Below are positions 51,801-64,000 of a stretch of 64,000 bases of DNA, piece after piece. The notes beneath the pieces are model-generated. The model made no database searches and was not told where the DNA came from. It was given only the letters and a program-made list of their open reading frames with translations. The DNA is from Sphagnum compactum (taxonomy: Eukaryota), in the NCBI GenBank assembly GCA_965153455.1, contig OZ234493.1, forward strand, positions 6,438,213 through 6,502,212, given 5' to 3'. The position numbers were made by a program, and so were the translations under genes. The stretch's first letter is position 1; every line of letters begins with the position of its first letter.

Positions 51801-52959
51801 CCCTGTAAAGAAGTGGTGCATTCACAACTTGACATGCTCTGAGAGCTTCCTGCAAACACCCATTGCAATGCAAACAGATTGAAAATAGGTAGACTCAGGA
51901 TAACAAAATTAACTCTGACATCCAGGACTCAATAGAATATCAATTTGATTGCACAGAAAAATCCACAAAACAATGTAAGGCAACCAAAAACTGTTGTGTC
52001 AGTTCTGGACAAACCAAAAGAAACAACAAAAGAATGTTTGTGGTAATAACCTTGTGATGTCACTCACAAAGTAGCAGACCATCACCTTTATCATAAACAA
52101 CAATGACTTCATCAGCTCCTAACAGTGAGTGTAGCTAAGCACATAGTACTCTGCTCAAAACTTATGGTGCAGTTATTCCTAGCAATGTATGATGGCACCT
52201 AAAAATGGAAGAGAGAACTCTGTGTCATGCCTTGAGGCTAGTGGCCACCCACTGCCTTAGGATACCAGTGTGTAGGGTCTAGGGTTTAAGGCTGTTGCAG
52301 TTTTCCTACCTTAAATATGCCTTCAGTGTTGAGCTCCTCTCCACCAACCTCTACACAAATACCACTGCTTCGAAGAGTATCAATTGCTCTACCTCTCAAA
52401 TGCTGCAAAGGGTGCCGCAAACCCACAACCACTCTTGCCAGTCCTGCCTGGCCAAGCCCCAGACATCGTCATTAACTCCAGAACGTCTCTCTTCCTATAC
52501 TTGAATGCAAATTGCTGCAAAACCACATACATCTCAACTGAAAGGATTGAACCAATTGAGGATCGCCATATGCTGAGTCCAGAATACAATATGCACAATA
52601 ATTGGTCAAAAATAGGTTACCTCTTTAAGCGCATGGACTGCACTACCATAGGCTTGGCCATGATAAACCTCAGGCTCTAGATTGAGATAGGCTGTAGCTC
52701 CTTTGCTAAACTCTCCAGCTCTGGACACTGCCTGGATCTCAGCACTGCGGGTTCCTTGGCCATACAAGAATCCTTCCCCCACCACTTGAATTCCCCGGGC
52801 TATTACACAGCCTACATTTGGATGGGGTGCAGATTTGCCTGCTGAAGCTCCTGCAAGCTCTGCGGCCCTCAACAGATGCTGGGGATCTTCTTCAGAGATA
52901 CACGTAATTGGGACCCTTGCTGCTGCACATGCTCGCATAAAAACACCTTGCACCTGCAT
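48865..52959 (-). CDS. PYRR: Riboflavin biosynthesis protein PyrR (inactive deaminase + pyrimidine reductase RibD_C + NADAR/COG3236 N-glycosidase), 595 aa
   Basis: Exons 52959-52621, 52447-52310, 51849-51750, 51273-51148, 50942-50632, 50410-50291, 50050-49799, 49532-49407, 49140-48865; 1788 nt, GT-AG, phase-consistent. Motifs PHPNVGCVI; SAE in place of HAE and LEPE in place of LEPC (Zn ligands lost); KFAMTLDGKIA; DAVIVGGNTVRRDNPRL; WECGG; FSNFFPH..WKSVEHYYQAQKF; LIEASPHDLFWG..GQNNLGRLLMKLR. Confidence 0.95.
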
Positions 52960-54628
52960 TGTTGAGACGGGCCAGAGCCTTTCCTTCCCGAAACCTTGGA
53001 ATTATCTCAAGAATGCACCTACAACACACAATTGTAGTAGATTTCAGTTTCCTGAGTCTCGTAGTATAGCAAGCTTGTCTCTTCTTCCTACCTGCCGGGC
53101 TAATCCTTTGGTCCAAATCTGTTGAGTTGACTCATTGGCTTTGTCGATTCAACCTGGGTTGCCGAAAATCTGACAACATCAACAGTTTCCAGATATCCAA
53201 AACGGATCGCAAACAGTCTTTTCTCTTCCAAAACCCCAGCATCAACCCGTCAACTCAATCTGCTTACTTGAAAACTGACCCAATTCTAGCAGATGATTGT
53301 AGAACCGGGTTCTGCCACAAATTCACGCCTGTAAGAACCACTTTCCACAATAGAGAAGAAACCAAAGAAAACATGTGACAAAGACCCAGTAACCTAAACC
53401 AAAAAGGACGAAAACACAAAAGGAAGAATACACACACTTACTGGCAGATAGCTCTGAAACCGTGAATTTGGGGTCAAATTCTTCACACATGACTGATGAA
53501 AATTGAAACCAAGTTCCTGCTTGTTTCTCTAACTAGAGAACGAAGTAGCAGTTCGGCAAAAGAGAAACGGATTTGTGAGAGAGACCGCTGATCACTGCCC
53601 GGGAGCATTGATGGAAACATACAAATGGCCATCTCTCGGGTTTTCTTGAGGGGGCAGAAAGGACAAGTCCGGATTGCGTTGCAGGTCCTGATTTCACGTC
53701 CCAAATTCAGATTAGGAAATGGAAGCTTTTCAGTCCTCTAGCCTCCAGGACTTCAAACACTTTTCGTTTCTTCTGTTTTCAATGCATTTTATTTTTGGGC
53801 TAAATCAAATGTTCCCATGCTTTGCAGAACTAATCATGTGTCTAAGAGCATCTCCATCGCACTTTTGTGAGTTTTGACAATGGTTAAAACAAGAGGTTGT
53901 AGGTGGTTTTTCATGGAAATCAACCATGACTAGAATTGGAAGGTGCTTGTGCGGGTTTTTGAGTTCCAATGATGGCCTGGGAAAAAAGAAAAAGAAAAAA
54001 GATGTAGGTGATCTTTTGAGAACTTTGGCTAAGGTAGACTTCAAATGTGTGAAAAAAACCAACAATTACAATTCTTGTGATTACATGGCCTATTGCCACA
54101 CAAGTGTTTGCTAGTGACGATTTTGCTCAATGGCATATTTCATGATGAGGTTCGACAAAAGGCTTTGAATATTTGCGTTGTATTGTGTGTTTGCAAGGTA
54201 AATGGTTGAAATGCTTCAAGAGGGCCTTCCCTAACACTAAAACAAAGGGGAGCGAATTATGAATTGGAGTTTCGAGTTATTTTGAGGAGTTGTTTTCATT
54301 GAACTAGAATGTAGTATTATGGTTGAATAAGAGTTTCTTTTCATCTTCGCATGTTTTTAGCATGTGGTCCATCGTTTGCATGCAAAAGTCTTATCAAGTC
54401 AAGTCTCCAATTGACAATATGGAGGACCACAATCTCATTGCTTGCAAGCCACTCTTTGAGAACAATACTTAGTCTTGTTAATATGCTGGTGTCACTCTCA
54501 TGTAAGAAATTAGAAGAACTAAATGCTGAGAGTTGTTGAACATGGAAGTTGAGGACTATTGTGAAAGTAACATAAAAATCATTAAGCTCACCTAATCTTG
54601 CAACCTGATTAGATGGTGGCAGGCATAA

Positions 54629-54655
54629 CCCCCCCCCCCCCCCCCCCCCCCCCCC
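54629..54655. repeat. C27 homopolymer (G27 on minus strand, G-quadruplex-capable)
   Basis: Seen directly. Confidence 0.9.
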
Positions 54656-55197
54656 ATGCATTTTGTTGAAAAAGAGGAGGAGTTGGGTTTCAAAGTATTG
54701 GGATTCCAAGTTTTGAACCAATCTCAGGAAGTTTTGGGACCCCAGTCCAACCACACTTGGCCTTGTATCGAAATACCTAGAACATTTGAGTTCTTTCGAA
54801 GTGCTTCTGGCCTAGATAACCGAAAAGAAAATGCTTCATTAATTGCCAATAGCATCTAAAGCATTTAAACCAGAGTTCGCCTTTCATACTACAAAGGGGT
54901 TTGAACCAATTTTGGCCACCAAATACCACATTTTAAGGTAAACTTTAGGATACCAATAAGGCACATCTTATAAAAAATTCCAACAAATGGATATGCTTTG
55001 AAAATCTTCAAGAATTTTTTTTGTAATAGTGAATATGGATACAAGTGTATTTTTTTATTTTCAATGGATGTGAATTCGCCAATTATTAAAATTCAAATTA
55101 ACTTAGAATATGTATAGAAGTTATGCATATTTAAAATATATTTTCTACTTTTCCACAATACTTCAAAGCCAAAACAATCAGATTGACAACCCAACTT

Positions 55198-55612
55198 TTA
55201 GACACTCAGACACAGACCTCAAATGCTCAAACCTCATACCTTAAATGCTTAAACCTCAGACTTCAAATGCTCAAAGCTAAGAGTTCAAACCTCACACCTT
55301 AGATGCTTAGTCCTCAAACACTTAGACCTTAACGCTTAAGACCTCATACCTCAAACATTTAAACTTTCAAAGGCTCAAACCTTCAAACTTTCAAATGCTC
55401 AACTTTTGACATTCAAACCTCAAACCTCAAACACTCAGATTCAGAGTTCACACCTCAAACACTCAGATTCAGAGTTCACACCTCAAACCTTAGATGCTCA
55501 GACCTTCAACCTTAGATGCTCAGACCTTCAACCTCAAACACTTAGAGCTCGGACCTTAGGTGCTCATACCTTCAACCTCAAACACCCAGAGCTCGGACCT
55601 TAGATGCTCAAA
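55198..55612. repeat. Degenerate minisatellite of ctcagac/ctcaaac/cttagatg-like 7-8-mers
   Basis: Dense repeats of acctcaaa, ctcagac and cttagatgctc, including an exact duplication cctcaaacactcagattcagagttcaca at ~55425 and ~55452. Confidence 0.8.
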
Positions 55613-57284
55613 CAGACAAGAAAAGTTCATAGTAGGGGCAAACCTTTTGGCATCACTTCTGCAAGGTGTCGATGCAACAGAAAGGAGACCAAAGGACAAA
55701 GGAAGCTTGAAAACCCTAAACCTACTAAGGGTATGCATATCCAGATGTACATATCCAAACCCTAAACACCATATCAAAGCTGTGTATAGCATAGCTATGC
55801 ATATCCAAGATCTCATGAAAACATAGCAATGGATATGAATAATGAGAAAACATGGGTTTGTAAATATGTATATGAATTAGGATAATATGAAATGACTTAC
55901 ATAAGCTGATTACCAATAGTTCAAAATATGGGAAACGAGCAGAATCCAGATGTGAATAGTTGCTGACCAGGACATTCTGCATGTTGATTGCTGGCACACT
56001 TGGCTGATATCTGGCCAACACGTTTCCAAACAAGCTAACAGTAGCAGAAGTGGGACTACAGAGGGGTCTGAATGAGGATGGCCACAGTAGCTACCATAGT
56101 CCCTGAAAAGATGATGGACTTGTCAAAACAAGCTAATGACAGCAGAAGTGGGCCCTTCATACATAATGCAATCTTGTAATCAAAAAGCTTTCTGGCCATC
56201 ACCTTCTAAGTGTAGGGTAACTGCTGATGAGCAGGACATTCCCAAAGTAAGCACCCTCCACATGTGAAGCCAAGGGGCACTTACTTCGGTAATGCCCTGC
56301 TCTGGGAGCATTTCCCATGCAACCCACCAGGGGTTAAAAGGAAAAAGGAGGGGTGGATGTTTTGAAAAGACCCCCTCTTGGTGGAGACAAGTTCGTACTC
56401 TGTAATGCAACCTCCAAATACACAAAAATATTCTGACAGGTTTTTACAGAAAGATTACAGCCATAGACTACAAAATGATGGCTAAGTACCTAGCATAATA
56501 GCCTAATGGATGTCAAATTTCTGAAAAAAAGGTTATGGACCTTCTTGTGAACACTTATGAATCACATCTTATAATATTGGTGAACCAAATGCTTTTAATA
56601 TCCCACCTGAAAACAATGGAGGAAGGTGTATACCAAACCCACAAAGTGTGAGAGAAGTTCACATGGTGCAAGGAGGCATTATGAAGGAAGAAGGGATGAA
56701 ACAGCTTGTTTTTCACTGAAGACATGCATATAAATCCACCACTGCTAAATGACTATTATTTCATCAAGCACCCCCACAATCCAATTGCCTGCCTCTAGTG
56801 ATCTCAATACACATGACTTGCACAATAGAACAGCTAAGCTTAGAGTTAATAGGATGTGTAACAATCCTCCAAACAGAAACCTATGTGGTTCTGCCATATC
56901 AAAATGCTGAATATTCTACTAGCTGGGCCCCCAGGTGAGAGATGACTAGGAAGGATGGACATCAAAGAATGGACAGGGTACAGGGTAGTTACTGCTTGAC
57001 ATGTAAGACTGGTCATGGTGTACCATCTTAGAACTGTAATGAACCCAGCGTGAAGTTACTGCATCAGGCAGACCAAAAATGCCATGAACACATCCCTAAA
57101 TAGCTCAACTAAAGGTGAAGCCTTTTTTGCATGAACAGAGAAGGTTTCCCCCCCAACTTTTGGTTTTGGAGACCTAGCCAAAAGGATGATTCGCTGATGT
57201 AATGTAAGCTTTTTCTAAATGAGAGACAAAAGCAACATGCACTGGTGCAGGAATGTCAATTAATCTAAGCATCCAAGAATGGAA

Positions 57285-60200
57285 TCACACAATACTAGGG
57301 GCATCACCTGCCCAGTGACATGTTGCACGCTGCCATCGGGTGCGAATGCAATCAACGAGCGGTGCATGCTGTGCAGGTTCTGGATGGGAAGCTCCACTAT
57401 CTGAGGCCTCTTGCGACATGTCACCCCCAGATGCCTTGAACTCCTCTGCCAGGACAACATCTGGAGTCCACTTAGGAGGAACAGACACTTCAATTTTCGT
57501 TAAGTGGGGCCGCTGATGAGACACATTACCAATTGTTGGAACAGTCTTGGCAATCCCATTGAAGTGATAGACATCAAACTGTCTCCTTCTGAGGGTATTG
57601 CATGAGTCCTTCAGCCCACCTTTGCTCTTATCAAGCTGCAAAAGTGCCTGCCAAAGATCATTCCACACCACAATGTCGCTGCTGCACAGGGTGTTGAGCA
57701 CATCTTGACTGAATTCTATGTTCAGGTCCGGAAGGATCTGCTGCAAAGCTTCTGCAGTGATGAACCCACCCCCACCACTCTGGTCTTGTGCATCAAAGGC
57801 TTGCCGCACAAGCATCTCTCTGTTATCAAACTCACTTTCCTCCTGCACAGTAGGGGTGAACGCAAACAGAATACTGTAGTGTGACTCACTACCTATCACC
57901 CATATGGGCCACTTGGGGCATTTCAAGTGCTGTCCAACTTTGCAAAGGTTGAGTGACTCCAGGAGTGTCAGGAATCCAACTTCAACACTGGTTGGAATAC
58001 CTTTCAGGCACATGCCACCACCCATGTCCATATTTCCATCAAAGACATTAGGGACAGCATGTCCACACAGCAAGAGGTTCACAATTTCCTGTATCATCAC
58101 AAAGCAATGAACTGCTTCAGTATATGGCTTCAACTAGTCTCCGCTCTAGAGAATGAGTTTCTGGAACAGTGCATCACCAGACTCAGATACAGACCTGTAA
58201 AAGCTGTAGCAAGCAGCTCTAGGGTTAGTATTCAATGTGTGCTAGATCTTCAAACTCTACTGTCTGCAATGTAACAGTTTCCATTCAGTCAACTCTGACA
58301 TGGATAATCAGCAATGGTATGTGCAAAGCTAGCAATCCACTCCAACCATGCACTTAGATCCTTCCAGGAATCCTTCACAATGGATGATACTGCCCTTATG
58401 GCAAACAGGTTAAGACTCGGACATAGTGAAACAGTACATAAATGAGACCAAGCAAGTGACAAGGAAGCATACAGCATGCTTGTTCACAGGAATGGGTTCC
58501 CTCATTAGCCATTCTCTCCAACTGAGTCACAAAAGCACAAAAGCACTCCCAGAGAACATCAGGCCTGAACCAGCAAAAAGCAGACTTTGGACCATCAACC
58601 CTCCAATCCTTCCTCTACTTGTACCCAAAGAAGAAACATATCTTCAAAAGTATTAAATTTCTCTATACTTAAACTTAATCAACAGTCAAAGAATTTGAGA
58701 TGACACTATGATAAGGTCACAGAGATTTAAGGTCCAACAACAAATCAGCAAACAGGAAAAAGAGACCACAATGTTTTTTGAAAAACAGAAAAAACTGAGT
58801 GGTGTGAACAATAGCTCCAGTTTTACTCATGTTCACTGACCACCACTAGCAACATGTATGGGTAGTGACCAGCTCCCATAATGTCCCACTGACTTTGTCA
58901 GCTCCCAGCATTGGGTGGAGGCCAATTCAGACATTAGCCAATGTCCTGAGTTTCTGTGACAAGACTGGATGTAACAAAATCAGCCATGATGCTGGCTAGA
59001 CCTTTTTTCTGGCCCAAACAGAAAAAAGATAGAGGTTGAGGAATCCAAGAAGAGGGTGGGGAAGGACGACAGACAAAGAGAAAACAACATTGAGAGCCTT
59101 AAGCACATTCTTTTCAAGACAAAGTGATGTTTGAAATGCTACCTACTTTGAGAAGATAAGAGAATCAATTTAAGATTCCAAAGTCTAAAACACCAAAAAG
59201 AAATCTAGGAGACCCCTGGCTGATTTTAATAGAAACTCTGAGTAATATTTACTCTTCAGAAGACTAATTAAGCACTCTACATAATAGAAAAACTCTTTTG
59301 AATTCCAAATCTTTAAGAACCTTAAAACCCACTATTTGACCATGCCTAATTTTATATGAATCTGAAATTTCAGAATCCACATGCAGCATATGAATCATGC
59401 TAATAACTGCACACTCATTCTCTTGCAAATATGCTTACTCTTCATCACGACAGCAATGAATGGAAGCTAGATGAATACCACTACCTGGCATTGGTTGATC
59501 CAAAGCATCTGAGATGGACATTTGAGGGGCCTGCAGGCATTGGCCTGACACTCCCTCTTCCAAGATGTACTCCAGAGGTTTCTCAAAGATGTCAGATGGT
59601 ATTTCATTACCTCAGCTAAATGACCCTTAAGTCAATGAACTTGCATGCTGTTGTAATCACAGTTTGCTGGACCATATGCAGATTATTAACTTGCATTGAT
59701 AGGACGCTACAATTGGACAGTTAGAGAAAAGTAGGATTAAAGGCAAATGAGACAAGGTGCAAATATATGCCATGACAAGACTGGGTAGTCCTACTGCAAG
59801 AGTAAGAGTCTAACCCTGTAATCACTGTATATTCCCTTCCAGAAGTTGTAAAGATAATTGGCAACATAGACAATTATTTCCAGATGTTCTTGGGACATAA
59901 CTATAGAAATATCAAAACTTGTCAACCCCGACATGCTGTTCATGGGGAATTCCAGCAATGTAATCTCATTCTAGTTTACTAAAATGCAGACATTGAAGAC
60001 AGGTGGAGGTGTCAAACCTGAGATGCATGACCAAATGGAGGTGTAACCAGTGGCTGATCAGGATCGTCTCTGTCTGCCTGAACAGCATCCTGGTTGACAA
60101 CACCCAGATTCCAAGAAAAGACCCAGAGCTCTAACATGAATCCTTTCTCTTATTTTCAGTAACATACCTGAAAGATATCACATTTTCCTAGCAATGAAGG

Positions 60201-61550
60201 GAAATTTGATAGTATCACTGGCTAATTAGTTTGCAGCAAACACAAACTTTCCCATGTGAGGGACATTGACCTACTTTTTCCTTCATAGAAATAAAGAGGA
60301 GAATTACTTACAAGACCTCTTGATAAAAGTGCTGAGAAAAGCAGTAGGAGTGCACCCATGGGGCTCCTGAATCCTGGCAGCAAGTTCTGGAGCTGCTGAT
60401 GAAGGGAAGAGATGGATGTCACATCACAAAATCTCACCAATCCATGCAACTCCTTTCCAGAATCAAGACAGACTCCTTCCAAGGCTTTTGCAACAGCCTA
60501 AGCAATAACCAGCAAACAAGGAAGATGTTATGGAACACTCTTGACAGCAAAAGAGCGCCCAAAGATTTTGAAGTATGCATGGTGATTGTGATGACCTGAG
60601 AGTCCAGATGACATGACAACCAACACCTGATGGCACTGTGATCATAACAGCCTGATAGTTTTTCACCTGTACTCGTCACTAGTAAGGCATTCAACTAAAT
60701 TCCCTGATATAATCTGACATACAACACTTGGCAAGACAATTCTAACAACAGAGTCAAAGCAAAAAACACTTGGCTTCTATAGAAAGCTGAAGGACCATGT
60801 GTCATGGGGTTCATTTTCAGTAGAAATGTAATTTGACATCAAGCTGCTATTGTCTGATTAAGAAACAGCACAAAGGATCACAACTGATGCAGGACAGCTA
60901 ATAAAAAAACAACTTGAACATCTTGTGTCAGTCTCTCAATCAATTCAAATGCTTTACACAAAGGCCAGATACAGGTACACATCTGACATGCCTTACGAAC
61001 CTCATCCTGCTCTTCCTCTTTGAAATTCCGATCAATATATATGGCAGGAATATCAAGCATAGCCACAGTAGCTTTCTTTCTGCCTCCAGCACGCCACAAT
61101 GTCTCTCCGATGGCATAAACAAGAGCCCTGCAAGAACAGAGTGAAGAATCCTAAGTTGCCAAACATTGACATTAACCTGCAGTAACCTGCTTGGAGGGCT
61201 CACAGTTCACTGAAGAGTCAGTCTGAGAATGAGAAACCATATATAATGACAATCAGATGAAAAAATTGCTCTTTGCAAGCACACCAAAAGACTTCTTCCT
61301 CTCCTCCTGAAAAATAAACACTGCTCGAGCCTACTTGAGAGCTCATTTCATGCAGGAAGAATGCTTATTACACAGGAAAGAACTTTTACCTTGTTCTTTG
61401 AGCGTGAGAAAAGACAAGTTTGGAATCCAGGACTTCACTATGCACCCCCTTCCCCACCTTTGTAGGAAGACTGGCATCAGCAGCCTTGCCCTTCTGATCA
61501 CTGCCTGTGTCATCCTCAAATACAAATAGAAGGTACTTGAGGACCAACGC
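57285..61550 (-). CDS. MINDY-3/4-like (FAM188/DUF4205) deubiquitinase, 3' portion; 5' exons lie outside the window
   Basis: Exons 61550-61390, 61127-61001, 60497-60312, 60089-60018, 58088-57285; GT-AG, phase-consistent. Motifs ALVLKYLLF, GALLLLFSALLSRG, FGHASQEIVNLLLCGHAVPNVFDG, VGFLTLLE, KWPIWVIGSESHYSILF (catalytic His region), an EF-hand-like FDAQDQSGGGGFITAEAL, and LVDCIRTRW. The GGPCG catalytic-Cys exon was not found before 64000. Confidence 0.88.
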
Positions 61551-63200
61551 CTGAATAAACCCAGATCAAAACAGGGAAACTTCATTAGAGTATCACCCTA
61601 ACCACAACTCAAACACAAAACTGTACTGTGACAACTATCTTGCTATAAAAAGAAGGTCATAGACTATCCAAGGTGGAAGGTGTGTGGTGAAGAAAGAAGC
61701 AGCTAGGTCTCCAATCAAACCTTCAAGGTAACTTAACTGATATATGTACTTATGACTTAATGAAGGATATCCTTCAATGCTCCCTCTAAGAGCTAATTCA
61801 ATATATATCTTCATGAGAATTTATCTATACTTACAGTTCAAGTCAACTTGAGTAGAATTCAGAGACAACCCAATGATAAGGTTATATAGAATAAGATCCA
61901 ACAACATATCAGCAAACAGGAAAAGGAAGAATCCCAAACCCTACAGAACAGTGAAAACCAAGCTGAGGAGCAGTTTACACAAACATAACAATCACTCACA
62001 TGTTCAGAGACCTTCAACAGTAACATATACAGTAGTGACTAGCTACCATAATATCCCCACTGACTTCATCAGCTCCCAGCAGTGGTGGTGGCCAATGTCA
62101 TACATTACCAATGTACCTGCCAATAGACCACATGCAATAGGAAGAAGACTCAGTAGTGATGCTGGCTACCTCAATAAAACCTAAAAGGGAAGAAGATCAA
62201 GGAAGCTAAGAAGAAAGGGGAACACAAAGTGAATGAAAAAGATAAAGCAAACAAGAAAAGAGGAAGCAAAGAGAGAAATAAGACAGAATTTTCTGATAAC
62301 ATGATCTTTTGAGGACAGAATGGGCTTTGACAAGATCCCCAATTAAAATTAAGGAGCCCTAGAATGATCACATTCACAATTCCGAAGGCAGAAACAACAA
62401 ACAGAAAGAATTCCATTTTAAGCAAGTCACTGTTTCAACTTCAAAGAAACTTTGAAGAGTAACCTTTTTCTCTTCAGACAACTGATTAAACTAGCCATTT
62501 GAACTACGGAGAACTCTTTTAAGATATCAAGCCATAAAGGAACCCATAAACTGACTATTGAGTATTCAAAAAACAGCTAAATATTGGAATCCACATGAGA
62601 CATATGAATCATGTTAGTACCTGCATATTCCGGCTAATAACTCTAATCAAGAATGTCAATATTAAGACTTTTTGAATCTTCATATATCACTAAATCCAAT
62701 AAGTAGCAAGAGAAGCCATTAGAGTGTATGTAATTCTTGTGAGAATTGAGAAATCTCTGTACTCACAATTAAGAAAGCCAGAACAGCATTAACTTTCCCT
62801 TCAAGTCGAAGAAAGACTTCCAGATAAGAACTGAAGAACAGGGAAAGAAGAAAAACACAGACAGGTGGAACTGAAATGAAGAACAATAAAACTAGCAGCA
62901 TGAAAAAAGTGAGTCTCTCACTTGTTCAGGGACCATCAACAGCAACATGTATGATGGCAACTTATCTATCACAACTTAACAACTGACTTCATCAGCTCCC
63001 TACAGTGGGTATAGGCCAGTGTACCCACTAACCTGTGTATTGAGTTTCTGTTACAAGTCTGGAAGCAATAGGAAGACTCAGCCATGATACTGGCTAGCAC
63101 CTAATTATAGAAGGGAAAAACATAGACAAAAAAGAGAGGGAAAAAAGAGAGAACCAACAAATATACACGATGGGAAGAAGAAACAGAAAAAGACAGACAA
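58800..63200. repeat. Three homologous intronic segments (58800-59420, 61960-62630, 62920-63200)
   Basis: The shared core ag(c/t)aacat...actgactt(c/t)(a/g)tcagctccc...tcag..tgat(g/a)ctggcta is in all three. Copies 1 and 2 also share downstream ctcttcaga..act(a/g)attaa and gaatccacatg..(g)catatgaatcatg. Confidence 0.8.
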
Positions 63201-64000
63201 AAGGGAAAGACAAACGAGGACCGTTAGAAGCCATTAGAATTGCAATTAAACTCACAGAATGATTTAACAGATATGCCATCAAAATAGTCTTTGCCTACAT
63301 ACAAATCGGGGATACCAGGAACTCAGATCATCTACAAACCTTCTTACTAAGGATAACTTCAAAAGTGAGACTTAATCGAAAAAAAAATAATATATAAAGT
63401 GGTAGAAGTTAGCTAAAAGGTCTGCAAAATTAGTACCCATTGGGCTATGAGTTGACTTCTAAATACCATCTGAACTCACTCAAGGAGCAAGTCCTCTATC
63501 AGGAAATCTAGCTTAGAGAATAAATCTGAAGCTTTTGCTACATTGAAGGGAGAAACTCCATAGACCTGGCTCCTCCTTCAATCAAACATATTTGAAGTTA
63601 TGTGCTGACATCTGAACCCAACAAAAATCTGAAAAGGTGGGACTAAAACGTCCTATTGAAAAAAATTGTCACTGGAACTTGCACTCTAGCTTTCAATCTG
63701 ATAGATTGATCTTTACATAAATCAAAAGATTGCAACAAAAGAGAAGATGATGTGTCAGCATTAGGTCTTGAGCAATTTTAATATCTTCAACCAGCAACTT
63801 GGCAACAGAGAAGTTGAAGTTTTCAAGTCCTTCCATAAAATTATCCTGAAGAACCTCCTCTAAGTTCAAGGTCTTGAGTAGTCAAGCTCCTTCTGTGAAG
63901 CTATCCTGCGGACTTTGAGCAATTTGTGAAGTTGAAAAATTCCATGATTTAGCTTCTAATATACAAATGTAAAGTTGTTAGTATATATATCTGTATAGAC

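Noticed and set aside
3398..52959. Functional cluster of plastid-related genes (PDS, VCCN, PyrR)
   Set aside because: PDS is a broken fragment and the genes are separated by tens of kb of TEs and an unrelated XLG. No evidence beyond chance.
54341..54859. ORFs spanning the C27 run (poly-Gly)
   Set aside because: No recognisable domain or splice structure; the Gly tract is only the homopolymer.
58860..63060. Hammerhead ribozyme reading of CTGATGA plus upstream GAAAC in the intronic repeats
   Set aside because: Stems I and II do not abut the core, copy 1 has CTGACAA and copy 2 lacks GAAA. No copy has a complete canonical core.
61551..64000. Expected MINDY catalytic-Cys exon (GGPCG)
   Set aside because: Not found on manual reading; presumed beyond the window rather than lost.

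Overview
Eukaryotic, intron-containing plant nuclear DNA. It is probably a bryophyte; the solo-LTR family resembles ones I associate with Sphagnum, which is inference and not verified. Four spliced genes, all on the minus strand, can be rebuilt by hand with GT-AG, phase-consistent exons: a thylakoid bestrophin-like/VCCN anion channel (5423-8403, 498 aa), an unusually long extra-large G protein (XLG, 34018-39951, 1338 aa), the riboflavin enzyme PyrR with a dead deaminase, a reductase and a NADAR domain (48865-52959, 595 aa), and the 3' part of a MINDY-3/4-like deubiquitinase (57285 to beyond the window). Between them lies AT-rich, transposon-derived DNA: tandem Helitron-like 3' ends, a MITE, a ~5.5 kb fold-back element carrying a solo LTR and a tRNA-like A/B-box segment, a decayed Copia element split by a CACTA element, and hAT relics. 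The ORF track misses several things: a frameshifted, intron-retaining phytoene desaturase (PDS) fragment at 3398-3890, an overlapping uORF on the XLG start codon, and three homologous ~180-nt exon-like cassettes in the MINDY introns. I found no clearly novel multi-gene system; the best leads are these candidate regulatory and evolutionary features.
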